Shown: positions 23,466 through 40,499 of the stretch, in pieces
Layout: the number at the start of each line of letters is the position of its first letter
How positions within the stretch are numbered: position 1 is the stretch's first letter
Assembly: GCA_964016885.1 (NCBI GenBank)
Contig: OZ024742.1
Location: 149,792,001 to 149,856,000 of the forward strand
Direction of reading: 5' to 3'
From: Eledone cirrhosa
Lineage: Eukaryota
DNA length: 64,000 nucleotides
Program-made: the position numbers and the translations under genes
Notes under the pieces: generated by a model
The model's input: the letters and a program-made list of their open reading frames with translations, nothing else
Database searches by the model: none
What the model was told of the DNA's origin: nothing

Positions 23466-26138
23466 ACACAAAAGCCTTCCCTAGTGAGGAATGTACATCC
23501 CAACATAGCTTAGTTGTCAGCGACCTCACGGTCAGAACTAGACGAGCCCTGAAACAGAGGCCAACCTGGAGAAGAAAGATCTGGAAGCTGAAAGTCCCCT
23601 CAACCAGTAACAGATTTAAAGATATTTTACTCAACGCCTACGACAGTAAAGAAGAACAGATAGAGACATTTAACGTAGAAGAGAACTGGGAGTTCCTAAA
23701 AAATAACTTACTAGAGGTGACGGATGAGGTTTGTGGCTGGAGTAAGACCTCAAGCAGGAGGAGAGTGACTTGGTGGTGGAACAATAAGGTAGATGAAGCA
23801 GTCAAGGCCAAGAGACAGGCATGGAAAGAATGGAAGAACGGGGGGAGCAGGGTACATTACATAGAGACCAAGAGGGAAGCTAGGCGACAAGTATACTTAG
23901 CTAGGAGGGAAGCAGAGGATAGAAAATTCAAGCATGTTTTACAACGTGAGGACCAGAAACAGGAGGTATTCAAGATTGCGAGGCAGTGTGTCAGAGATAG
24001 TTGTGATGTCATTGGAGAGAAGTGTATCCGGAATGATAAAGGTGAGCTTGCCCTCACAAGTGCTGAGAAGAAAGATGCATGGAAGAGTCATTATGATAGA
24101 TTACTAAATGAGGAGAATGCATGGGAAGAAGAGACCCTACCCCACGTAGACCCTATAGAGGGACCAGCAGTACAAGTCAGCGGCAGCGTAGTAAGTAAGG
24201 CAATCAGAGATATGAAGATAGGGAAGGCAACCGGTCCATCGGGTATAGCTGCCGAGATGCTGAAGGCATCTGTGTCTGTAGGTCACACTATAACCACACG
24301 TATCGTTAACCAGGTAATACTAGAGGGGGCCATACCAAAAGATTGGTGCAGTAGCATCATTGTCAACTGCTACAAAGGTAAAGGCGATGCACTAGATAGA
24401 GGAAACTATAGAGGTATAAAGTTGATGGACCAGGTCATGAAAGTAACAGAAAGAGTTATAGCACAACTGATTAGGGACCGGGTGAATATAGACGAGATGC
24501 AATTTGGGTTTGTACCAGGGAAAGGCACCACTGATGCGCTCTTCCTTGTGAGGCAATTACAGGAAAAGTACCTAGCTAAAAGTAAGCCACTCTACTTGGC
24601 ATTTGTCGACCTTGAGAAAGCCTTTGACAGAGTTCCACGTGCAGTAATCTGGTGGGCTCTTAGAAAACTAGGAGTAGATGAATGGCTTGTGAAAGCGGTA
24701 CAAGCCATGTATAGGGGAGCAGTCAGCAAAGTTAGGATTGGCAATGAGTATAGCGAGGAATTTAGCGTACAGGTTGGGGTCCACCAGGGCTCTATTCTTA
24801 GCCCTCTCCTGTTCATCATAGTCCTGCAGGCAATAACGGAGGAGTTTAAGACCGGATGCCCATGGGAACTCCTGTATGCTGATGACCTCGCACTCATAGC
24901 TGAATCTATGGTAGAACTAGAGAATAAATTCCAAACCTGGAAGCAGGGACTAGAGAGAAAGGGCCTCAAAGTCGACATGACAAAGACTAAGGTCCTTATA
25001 AGTAGACGAGAAAACAGAACCCAGATCCCCTCAGGGAAATGGCCTTGCTCAGTATGTAGGAAAGGTGTAGGTAGGAACTCCATTCTTTGCCCCAAATGCA
25101 AACAATGGGTACACAAGAGATGTAGCGGGATCTCAGGAAGCTTAATTAAGAATGTAGGATTCACATGCAGCAGCTGTGCTGAAACAGCAAGCAAACAGCC
25201 ACAGGAAACAAGTACCACCAATCTCTGGGAGGGCCCTGTAGAAACAGTAGACAGCTTCTGCTACCTAGGTGACCGAATTAGCAACGGAGGTGGGTGCTCA
25301 GAAAGTACAATAACTAGGGTAAGAACGGGATGGAAGAAGTTTAGGGAACTACTACCACTGCTAGCTGCAAAAGGCTTCTCCCTCAGAATGAAAGGCAGAC
25401 TGTATGATGCGTGTATCCGAACAGCGATGTTGCATGGTAGTGAGACCTGGGCGCTGAAGGTGGAAGACCTACGTAGATTAGAGAGAAACGAAGCCTGCAT
25501 GCTCCGATGGATGTGTAACAGTAATATACGTGAACGACAAAGCATAAATGAATTGAGAGAGAGACTGAGCATAAGAGGAATCAAATGCTGCGTGCAGGAG
25601 AGGCGGTTACGCTGGTATGGACATGTGATGCGTATGAAGGATGACAGCTGCATAAAAAGGTGCAGAGCACTAGAAGTTGATGGAAACCGCGGAGTGGGGA
25701 GACCCAAGATGACTTGGGATGAGGTGATAAAAGCCGACCTTACCCAACTACACCTCTCAAAGTCAATGACACACGACCGTGACTTCTGGCGTCACGCAGT
25801 AATACAGGGTACCCGACCTCCCATGGGTACATGCTGAAGCATATAAACAATATGCCCCCCCCCCCACCGCAAGGTGGTCGTGGAGGTGCCACGGCAAAAA
25901 AGCACCCAGCCCACACTGTAAAGTGGACGTGTAGGCGCCACGAAAAAGCACCCAGCACTCACTGTAAATGAGGTTGGTGTTAGGAAGGGCATCCAGCTGT
26001 AGAAATCAAGCCAGATCAGTTCCTGTATGAGCAAGGCATGGTCAGCCGACCAGACACTGCCCACAACAGGACAACCCGTCTAACCCATGCTAGCGTGGAA
26101 GAACGGACGTAAAACGGTGATGATGATGATGATGATGA
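23466..26138 (+). mobile_element. 5'-truncated copy of RTE family A
   Basis: Matches 19690-22360 with only about six substitutions that I could see; begins at acacaaaagccttcc (end of APE domain); ORF open to 25837; (GAT)n tail. Confidence 0.95.
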
Positions 26139-26199
26139 TATATATATATACACATATATATATATACATACACACATATATATATATATATATATACAC

Positions 26200-26234
<35 letters not shown>

Positions 26235-26537
26235 TATACACATATATATATTAGAATTGTTGCTCTGAAATAGCTATATATATGAATGTATATACAGTGT
26301 ATTTTGCAATACACTGTATGCTTAATAAAAAGCATTTTGAAGACCTTATGCTATTGTTTTAGAGTCACTTACTGTAATTTCAGCAAACAGGTGGAGATAA
26401 AGCTGACAAGGCCTTGTTTATGCATTTATTGATGCTTATCAAAGCCAACTACTCCTCCCGTTTGCTGAGAACCTGGAGGTTTTGGTTCTTATAGAATTCT
26501 AGTAAATAATCAGGAACTGATTATACAGAGCGGTTGC

Positions 26538-26549
26538 CGTGTGTGTGTG

Positions 26550-26581
<32 letters not shown>

Positions 26582-26654
26582 TATATATACACACACACAT
26601 ATATATATACACACACACAGACATATATATATATATACACACACACACATATAC

Positions 26655-26685
<31 letters not shown>

Positions 26686-26733
26686 TATATATACACACAC
26701 ACATATATATATACACACACACACAGACATATA

Positions 26734-26825
<92 letters not shown>

Positions 26826-26956
26826 CACACACACATATATATACACACACGCACACATATACATATATATATACACACACACATATATACACACACGCAC
26901 ACATATACATATATATATACACACACACATATATATACACACACGCACACACATAT

Positions 26957-27009
<53 letters not shown>

Positions 27010-27054
27010 CACACACACACATATATATATACACACACACACACATATATATAT

Positions 27055-27123
<69 letters not shown>

Positions 27124-27184
27124 CACACACACACATATACATATATATATACACACACACATATATATATATATACACACACAC

Positions 27185-27215
<31 letters not shown>

Positions 27216-27316
27216 TATATATACACACACACACACACATATATATATATACACACACACATATATATATATACACACATATATATATACACACACATAT
27301 ATATATATATATATAT
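26538..27316. repeat. Compound (TA)n/(CA)n microsatellite
   Basis: Direct reading. Confidence 0.95.
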
Positions 27317-27549
27317 TGGCAACATGACCCTCCCAAAGTATAACAATATATATATATACATGTGTATATATTGACTTGAATTTCTTGGTCCTTTCTATGG
27401 TTGTGCGGATGACAGTTTAACCATCGTCTCTGTGTGTTTGGCCTTTAACCTATGTTGTAGCTCTGGTTCGTCAGAATTACTGAGCATTTGCCACACATCT
27501 CGGAAGTTGTTTCTCGCTAATTCCAAAGCCGAAATATGATTCTCGTTAA

Positions 27550-27560
27550 TATATATTTAA

Positions 27561-27621
<61 letters not shown>

Positions 27622-27622
27622 C

Positions 27623-27653
<31 letters not shown>

Positions 27654-27664
27654 CATATATATAC

Positions 27665-27698
<34 letters not shown>

Positions 27699-27736
27699 AT
27701 ACATACACACACGCATATATATATATATACACACAC

Positions 27737-27767
<31 letters not shown>

Positions 27768-27780
27768 TATATATATATAC

Positions 27781-27823
<43 letters not shown>

Positions 27824-27834
27824 CATATATATAT

Positions 27835-27865
<31 letters not shown>

Positions 27866-28630
27866 CATATATATATACACACACACATATATATATATAC
27901 ATATATATACATATATATATACACACATATATATATATACACACACATATATATATATATACATATATACATATATATATACACATATACATATATATAT
28001 ACACATATACATATATATACACACATATACATATATATACACACATATATATATATATATACACACATATACATATATATATACATATATATACACACAC
28101 ACATACATATATATATACATATATATACACACACACATACATATATATATACATATATATATATACACACACACATACATATATATATACATATATATAT
28201 ACACACACACATACATATATATATACATATATATATATATACACACACACACATATATATATATATACATATATATATATACACACACACACACATATAT
28301 ATATACATATATATATATACACACACACACACATATATATATACATATATATATATATACACACACACACACATATATATATACATATATATATATACAC
28401 ACACACACACATATATATACATATATATATATACACACACACACACATATATATATACATATATATATATACACACACACACACATATATATATACATAT
28501 ATATATATACACACACACACACATATATATACATATATATATATACACACACACACACATATATATACATATATATATATACACACACACACACATATAT
28601 ATACATATATATATATACACACACACACAC

Positions 28631-28678
<48 letters not shown>

Positions 28679-28761
28679 CACACACACATATATATATATA
28701 TATACACATATATATACACACATATATATATACACATATATATACACATATATATATACAC

Positions 28762-28792
<31 letters not shown>

Positions 28793-28859
28793 TATATATA
28801 TATACACACATATATATATATACACATATATATATATATACACATATATATATATAGAT

Positions 28860-28932
<73 letters not shown>

Positions 28933-28967
28933 TATATATATATATACACACATATATATATATATAT

Positions 28968-29010
<43 letters not shown>

Positions 29011-29021
29011 TATATATATAT
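27550..29021. repeat. Compound (TA)n/(CA)n microsatellite
   Basis: Direct reading; followed by a ~40-bp RTE-type tail remnant (ccatgcaagcatggaag..gatgatgat). Confidence 0.95.
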
Positions 29022-29942
29022 AAACCATGCAAGCATGGAAGGCAGATGATGATGATGATATATACACACATAATATATATATATATATAAACACACATAT
29101 CTAATCTATCTATATATATAAAAAAGTTTTCTTGAAGGTCGAGTTGGAACGTGAGTATATTAGAATTCATAGAATAATGAGACAAACTCAATGCATGAAA
29201 GCTGCAAAATGCTATCAATGATGGATGCAGGTAAAATTTACCTCAAAGTACAGAATTAAGTAGCTATAAGTGTGCTGGCCCACAGAAGTGATAGGAAGAA
29301 AGGAGCAAGGGAAGAAACATCTTTTAATCTCTTCTGCTCCCAGATTGACTGTGGTTTTGCACGATTTAACTAATTGCTAGCTCATACTAACAGAAAAATA
29401 AATATTTCTGTTGGTCGTCTTCGTATTGTGTCCACAAGAGTGTCAGTTACAGAGCTTGGCTAGATGTGGTTCCACCACAGCTGAACACATTGCTGTCTTT
29501 TCTCAATAAACTCTGCCAAGTCCAATGCTGTGCAGAGGTGTTCCAGCAGGGGGAATATCAGGAGGTGCTGCATAGTCTGTGGTTATTTCTGTTGGTACAA
29601 TATATAAATCACTACACATATATATATGTATACTTATATATGTGTAGTGATAGAAACTATTTTGATGTAGCGAAGAATGAATTGGTGATATTAGTTAGTT
29701 CTGTGGTTTATTGTTCACTTGAATGCTTTCTGGTGTGGTCAGGTTTGTGTAGAGTGTAGGCAAAGGAGATTGGTGTGCTCAATACAGCATGACCAGATAT
29801 TGTGAGTGTGCACCTAAGCTATAGCATTCATTAGGAAGATGATGATGATATGATAATTTCTTGGATAATGAATTAAAAACCAAATTGTTACTTAAATATA
29901 CTTAAATATATTTAATAACCTGCTACGAGGCTATTGTTGATA

Positions 29943-30048
29943 ATTGTTTCTACTTTTGGCACAAGGCCAGCAATTACCCAGTACATTACTGGTACTTTAT
30001 TTTATCGACCCCGTAAGGATAAAAAGCAAAGTTAACCTCGGCGGGATT
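29943..30048 (-). mobile_element. 3' half of tRNA-derived SINE (377-type family)
   Basis: Reverse complement of ~683-788. Confidence 0.75.
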
Positions 30049-31550
30049 GTTGATAATATAAGAAAACAAGGCTTATGTTGTTGTGGTGTATGTGTGTGTG
30101 TGCGTGCAATAATTCAAATGATGTTATTTACCATGTTGTGTGAACTGATCTTTGTTGAATCAGGCCCATGTTGAGAGGGTCATAGAGTTTGGCCAAGCTT
30201 TACATCTTTGCTTGCTGAAAACCCACTGTATCTGGTGTGGCTCCTTTGAGAGATGAAAGCAGAATGTTGTCAGAGAAATCTGGCCAGTTTCTCCAAACTA
30301 ACTACTGTCAACAATTTAAAACAAAGTAACAATGAACATCTATGTGCTACAAGGTCAGCATGTGGTCACACTAACCTACTTTGCTGACAGCACAAGAGTT
30401 CAAATTACTGCTACGTATGTATACATGTATGTGTAGTGTCAATAGGGGTAGTCCTGCAGTACCTCTTCCTTTTCTTAATGCAGATGATGAAACATGCCAC
30501 TCAGAATGAACTGTCCTTTGCTACTCCCTAGCTATCACTGCTGCAGGAAAAATATATTTATGAGGACAGTAAAGACAAAAGGAAAGAAAGTTAGCAGGAG
30601 AAGAGAGAGAGAAAGTTACATAGAGTTCATTTTGTTGCTTTGATCCTGGTCAGCCTTGACTGAGCAAACCTATTATCAAGAGTTCCAGCCATGATCATCC
30701 CCTTTTACTTTTTTTTTTTTCTTAAAAGAATAGAGCATGACCTTAGAGAAATATAAGTGAAGCTATATCTAACAGGTCGAGCAGCCGCATAGAGGGGCAC
30801 TCATTGGCACAGTTACTTAAGAGTTGTTGGGAATGTTGTGAAGTTTTGTAATGGGACTCTTACATATTTAGAGGGGGTTTTCAAGAGAAAAAGTGAAGGG
30901 GAGGGAGCTTAAGAGAAGGAAGCTGCAAAAGTTCCCAAGATACAGATGTAACATTAGAACTGTGAAATTTAACAACCCTCCCCTTTCACTATCCTTTATC
31001 CCCAGGGTCCCCAGACGTCCTTATTATTGCCACCATTACAAATTTCACACTCTCAACCTAAATTGTTAAAACTGGGATATAAGATTTCCTTCTATGATTT
31101 CACATATTCACACTCATACACACATTTAGGTATATATTTTTATACATGTATATATAAACACACATATATGTCTATATACATATATAGACAATTACACATA
31201 TATATAATGATATATGTATATACATATATATATATCTATATAAACATATAAATTGAGGTTTGCTGCCATTTTTCTCAGCTTGTATTCATAAAGGAAAATC
31301 AGAACTTGCTTTTATCCATGTTGTGCTTGGGGTATATTGATTGAGTAAGAAAAACAAATAATCTAGATTAAAGATTGGTAGTTAACGAATGTGTCATCTA
31401 ACAAAAAAATTCATTGCATGCGTGTTTTTGTATTAAATTATTTTGTGGATATTAACAGTATCTTTTACTTATTGGAAAACCTGATGTGTGCGCACGTGCG
31501 TGTGTGTTGAAATACATATACAAACACACGTATTCATATATATACATATA

Positions 31551-32604
31551 CAGAGTGGGGCATAATTCCTGTTACAAAGTTTAAATCAATTTTAAAAATA
31601 CATTATGTTGCTAATATAACTAATATATTTGTATCAAATCCATGCACTATAACCATATTAACTATTTTTCAGAACATTGCAATGTCCATAGAATTGAAAA
31701 GAAAGTTCATAATAGAAAAGCATGAAAAAGGTCTGACTCCACCCAAGATATCTAAACTGGGGAAAACTCTTAAGATCAATAGAATGTTGATCAAAAGGAC
31801 AATCGATCGATTTAAGGAAAGTTCATTGACCAAAGACAGACCTCGATCCGGACGCCCTCACACCTCAAGAACACCAAAACTCGTTAAAAGTGTGAGGGAA
31901 AAAATAAGGTGTAATCCAAGAAGGTCCATGAGAAAAATGGCAGAAGAAGCAGAAACATCGCCGAGAACTATGCGGAGGATATGTCGAGATGAGCTGGGGA
32001 TGTCACCCGATAAGTTCCAAAAGAGGCAGCTTCTTTCTGCAGCCACAATTGAAAAGAGGCCCTCCAGAAGTAAACTGCTATTGAACCGTATCAAGGATGG
32101 CACGCTGCAAAACATCATCTTTACAGATGAGAAGTTATTCACTGTGCAACAGTCTCACAATCATCAAAATGATGGACTACTTGCAAAAAGTATCAAATCA
32201 ATTCCTTCAAGTGTAGGAAAAGTGTTCAGAACACAGAAACCGGCATCAGTGATGGTTTGGGCAGCCATTTCTGAAAGTGGAAAGTCTCCTCTGATTTTTG
32301 TGCCTCAAAGAGTTAAAATTAACAAAGAACTTTACATAAAGGATATTTTGGAAGGAGCACTGTTTCCATGGTGCACATCTGTTTATGGCGATGACATTTG
32401 GACTCTCCAACAAGATGGAGTGATGAGACACACTGCTCGCATAACACAACAGTGGTGTAGAGACCATTGTCCTGCATGGATCAGTAAGGAAGAGTGGCTT
32501 CCCACATCACCAGATCTCAACCCTCTCAATTTTTCTTTATGGTCAATTCTTGAGAGTGAAGCCTGCTCTACTCCTAGCCAAAATATTGAAACTCTAAAAT
32601 CAAT
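31551..32604 (+). mobile_element. Tc1/mariner DD37D (maT-like) transposon, 3'-truncated by microsatellite
   Basis: TA|cagagtggggcataattcc candidate left TIR; transposase ORF from 31682; no right TIR found. Confidence 0.75.
31682..32604 (+). pseudogene. DD37D-type transposase, third catalytic Asp replaced by Asn, C-terminus lost
   Basis: HTH region with RSGRP, FTDEKLF, VMVWAAIS, LQQDG, SPDLNPLN; 37 residues between the second D and the N occupying the third D position. ORF runs into TA repeats after ~32604. Confidence 0.8.
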
Positions 32605-33531
32605 GTATAATACATATATATTTATACACATATATAATACATATATATATACACATATATAATACATATATATATATATACACATATATAATACATATAT
32701 ACACATATATAATACATATATATATATACACACATATATAATACATATATATATATATACACATATATAATACATATATATATATACACATATATAATAC
32801 ATATATATATATACACATATATAATACATATATATATATACACATATATAATACATATATATATATATACACATATATAATACATATATATATATATACA
32901 CATATATAATACATATATATATATATACACATATATAATACATATATATATATATATACACATATATAATACATATATATATATATACACATATATAATA
33001 CATATATATATATATACACATATATAATACATATATATATATATACACATATATAATACATATATATATATATACACATATATAATACATATATATATAT
33101 ATACACATATATAATACATATATATATATATACACATATATAATACATATATATACATATATAATATATATATATATACATATATAATATATATATATAT
33201 ACATATATAATACATATATATATACATATATAATACATATATATATACATATATAATACATATATATACACATATATAATACATATATATACACATATAT
33301 AATACATATATATACATATATAATATATATATATATACATATATAATACATATATATATACATATATAATATATATATACATACATATATAATATATATA
33401 TACATATATAATACATATATATATACATATATAATATATATATATACATATATAATATATATATATACATATATAATATATATATATACATATAAAATAC
33501 ATATATATATATATATATATATACATATATA

Positions 33532-33576
<45 letters not shown>

Positions 33577-33847
33577 ATACATATATATATATATACATAT
33601 ATAATACATATATACATATATAATTCATATATACATATATAATTCATATATACATATATAATACATATATACATATATAATTCATATATACATATATAAT
33701 ACATATATATATATACATATTGGGATTATATATATACATATATATATATACATATATAATACATATATATATATACATATATAATACATATATATATATA
33801 CATATATAATACATATATACATATACATATACATATATACATATACA
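32605..33847. repeat. TA-rich compound micro/minisatellite (unit like atataatacatatatatatatatacac)
   Basis: Direct reading. Confidence 0.95.
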
Positions 33848-34515
33848 ATCATCATCATCAACGTTTAACGTCCGTGTTCCACGCTTGCATGGGTTTGGAC
33901 GGGGGTATTCCCACTTGAGGCAGGAGTGATTGTCTTGCTCGCATAGGACTGTCTGGCAGGTTTTCTACAGTTGGATGCCCTTCCTAACACCAACCACATT
34001 TACAGTGTGGGTCTGGGAGGTTTTTACTGTGTTGTCTACACGGCCACATTACAGCGTGGACTGTGTGTTTTTTTGTCGTGACACCTACACGATCTCATTT
34101 GTTTCGGCCTGGATGGTGTGGCACCAACATAACTTTACATAGAAGGGGGTGGTGTGGATGGGGTGGGGGTGGTGGGACGGGGTGTATTTTGTTAGAGATG
34201 CCTACTGGCTGTAGTAGGTTTTACTATGTATTTAGGTAAGGCGGGTCTTCTCTATTACTGAGTATCGCCAAAGGTCTCGGTCCAGTGACATTGTCTTGGA
34301 GAGGTGTAAGTGTGTGAGGTCGGAGTTTATCAGCTCGTCCCAGGTTTTTCTAGGTCTGCCTATTCCGTGGCTACCGTCTATCTTTATTGCCCTGCACTTT
34401 GTTATACAGCTATCGACTTTCATGCGCATCACGTGACCATACCAACGTAGCCTTCTCTCGAGTAAACAACATCTGATCCCTCTTATTTCTAATTTTTTCC
34501 TTAGTTCGTTTATGC
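33848..34515 (-). mobile_element. RTE family B 3' fragment (variant X), left arm of head-to-head dimer 2
   Basis: Matches 12127-12800 (3' UTR plus ORF end [16 protein letters not shown]); tail at 33848. Confidence 0.9.
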
Positions 34516-34946
34516 CACTGGACCGAGATCTTTGGCGGCACTCAGTAATAGAGAAGACCCGCCTTACCTAAATACAAAGTAAAACCTACTACAGTCAGTA
34601 GGCATCTCTAACAAAATACACCGCCGTCCCACTACCCCCACCCCTTTCAATGTAAAGTTATATTGGTACCACAACATCCAGGCCGAAACAAATGAGATCG
34701 TGTAGGTGTCACGACAAAAAAAAACACACAGTCCACACTGTAATGTGGCCATGTAGGCAACACGGTAAAAACCTTCCAGTCCCACACTGAAAATGTGGTT
34801 GGTGTTAGGAAGGGCATCCAGCTGTAGAAAACCCGCCAGACAGTCCTATGCGAGCAAGACAACCACTCTTGCCTTAAGGGGAAAACTCCCGTCCAAACCC
34901 ATGCAAGCGTGGAACATGGACGTTAAACGATGATGATGATGATGAT
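34512..34946 (+). mobile_element. RTE family B 3' fragment (variant Y), right arm of head-to-head dimer 2
   Basis: Last codons of the ORF plus 3' UTR, ending ggacgttaaacgatgatgatg. Confidence 0.9.
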
Positions 34947-35029
34947 ATATATATATACATATATATATACATATACATACATATACATATATATACATAT
35001 ATATATATACATATATATACATATACATA

Positions 35030-35381
35030 TATCATCATTCATCATTTCATCATTTCATTTTACGTCCGCTTTTTCCCTGCTTGCAAGGGTGGGACGGGAA
35101 CTGATTCTGGCTTGATTTCTACAGCTGGATGCCCTTCCTAACACCAACCTCATTTACAGTGAATGCTGGGTGCTTTTTTGCCGTGGCACCTCCACGACCA
35201 CTTTGCAGTGGAATGATATGGACCCCAGTCCCTATCATCTCATTTCTACAGCTGAGTAAACTGGAGCAATGTGAAATAAAGTCTCTTGCTCAAGGAAACA
35301 ACACATCACCCGGTCTGAGAATTGAACTCACAACCTTTCGATTGCAAGGCCAATGCTCTAACCACTAAGCCATGTGCCTCC
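35030..35381 (-). mobile_element. tRNA-CORE SINE with RTE-derived 3' region
   Basis: Reverse complement of 8613-8950. Confidence 0.9.
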
Positions 35382-35382
35382 A

Positions 35383-36175
35383 TCATATATATACATATAT
35401 ATATACATATATATACATACATATATATACATATACATACATACATATATATACATACATATACATACATATACATACATATATATACATATATATACAT
35501 ATACATATATACATATACATATATACATATACATATATACATATATACATATACATATATATATATACATATATATATATACATATATATATATACATAT
35601 ATATATATACATATATATATATACATATATATATATACATATATATATATACATATATATATATACATATATATATATACATATATATATATACATATAT
35701 ATATATACATATATATATATACATATATATATATACATATATATATATACATATATATATATACATATACACATATACATATATATATATACATATACAC
35801 ATATACATATATATATATACATATACACATATACATATACATATATATATATACATATATATATATACATATACACATATACATATATACATATATATAT
35901 ATACATATACATATATACATATACATATATATATATACATATACATATATATATATACATATATATATATACATATATATATATACATATATATATATAC
36001 ATATACATATATACATATACATATATATATATACATATATATATATACATATATACATATACATATACATACATATATATATATACATATATACATATAC
36101 ATATATACATATACATACATATACATATAGATATATATATATATACATATACATATATACATATATATATATACG

Positions 36176-36221
<46 letters not shown>

Positions 36222-36412
36222 CATATATATATATACATATACATATACATATATATACACATATACATATACATATATACATATATATATACATATATAT
36301 ACATATAAATATATATACATATACATATATACACATATAAATATATATACATATACATATATACATATATATATATACATATATATATACATATATATAT
36401 ACATATATATAC

Positions 36413-36445
<33 letters not shown>

Positions 36446-36633
36446 CATATATATACATATATATACATATATATACATATATATATACATATACATATAT
36501 ATATATACATATATATACATATATATACATATATATACATATATATACATATATATACATATATATACATATATATATACATATACATATATATATATAC
36601 ATATATATACATATATATACATATATATATACA
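35383..36633. repeat. (TA)n/(TACA) compound microsatellite
   Basis: Direct reading. Confidence 0.95.
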
Positions 36634-37186
36634 TGGTGGCTGCCAACTCGTTTTCGAGTACGGCCACTACTTTATATCCGTGTAGGAGAACCCCTACCGA
36701 TGCGCTGAACGAGTGTGACTTTTTAGTCCAGCCAGCGACTTGAAAACTCTGGTACAAACACTACACTTGTGACAATTATTGACACATAGTGCTGGGCCCA
36801 TGGTACCATGTGAAGACAAGTGCAGAGAAATCTCCAGATATAAAGCAATGCCTGTGCCGTGAAGCTTTTATAGTGAGCAAAGGTACTGCACAAAGCCAGT
36901 CCCACTCTCTTAACCAAGATGATATTTACCAAAAAGAAGAACAAGTCAACATCATTGGATACCATCAGGGTTGCAGGTGTTATATCAGAGTTTTCCTTCT
37001 CCTAGAATTCTGCCTTGACAAAGGATATGGGGTCATCTCTCCCGGTGATTTTGGATGGCCATTGACTCTTAAGAGCTCCTTTGCCCTTTGACAGGTTTTG
37101 TTTTTAGTCCTGCAGGATGTCCAAAGTCACCCTCCTCACCAAGAAACCTTGGTGGGGTTGCCAGTTTAGTCGCCAATGACCCGACC
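36634..37186 (-). mobile_element. Probable LINE 5'-UTR-like fragment inserted within microsatellite
   Basis: Non-repetitive island bounded by TA tracts; minus strand contains caaggcagaattctaggagaaggaaaactctga, resembling leaders I associate with RTE elements, and a hairpin ccccaccaag-gttt-cttggtgagg. Confidence 0.35.
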
Positions 37187-40293
<3,107 letters not shown>

Positions 40294-40347
40294 TGTAAGT
40301 ATGCACGTATACGTACATACATATATGTATACAGACGTACAGTAGCA

Positions 40348-40393
<46 letters not shown>

Positions 40394-40499
40394 CATACAG
40401 GTACACATATATATATGTACGTATCAGTTTAGCGAACGTTTATTATAACGCCCGCTTTGTCCATTTGTAAACAAGCTAAACTCATACATATATATATAT

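Noticed and set aside
12791-25707. Antisense ORFs of 60-210 aa overlapping the LINE ORFs
   Set aside because: Shadow frames of the LINE coding strand with no independent features.
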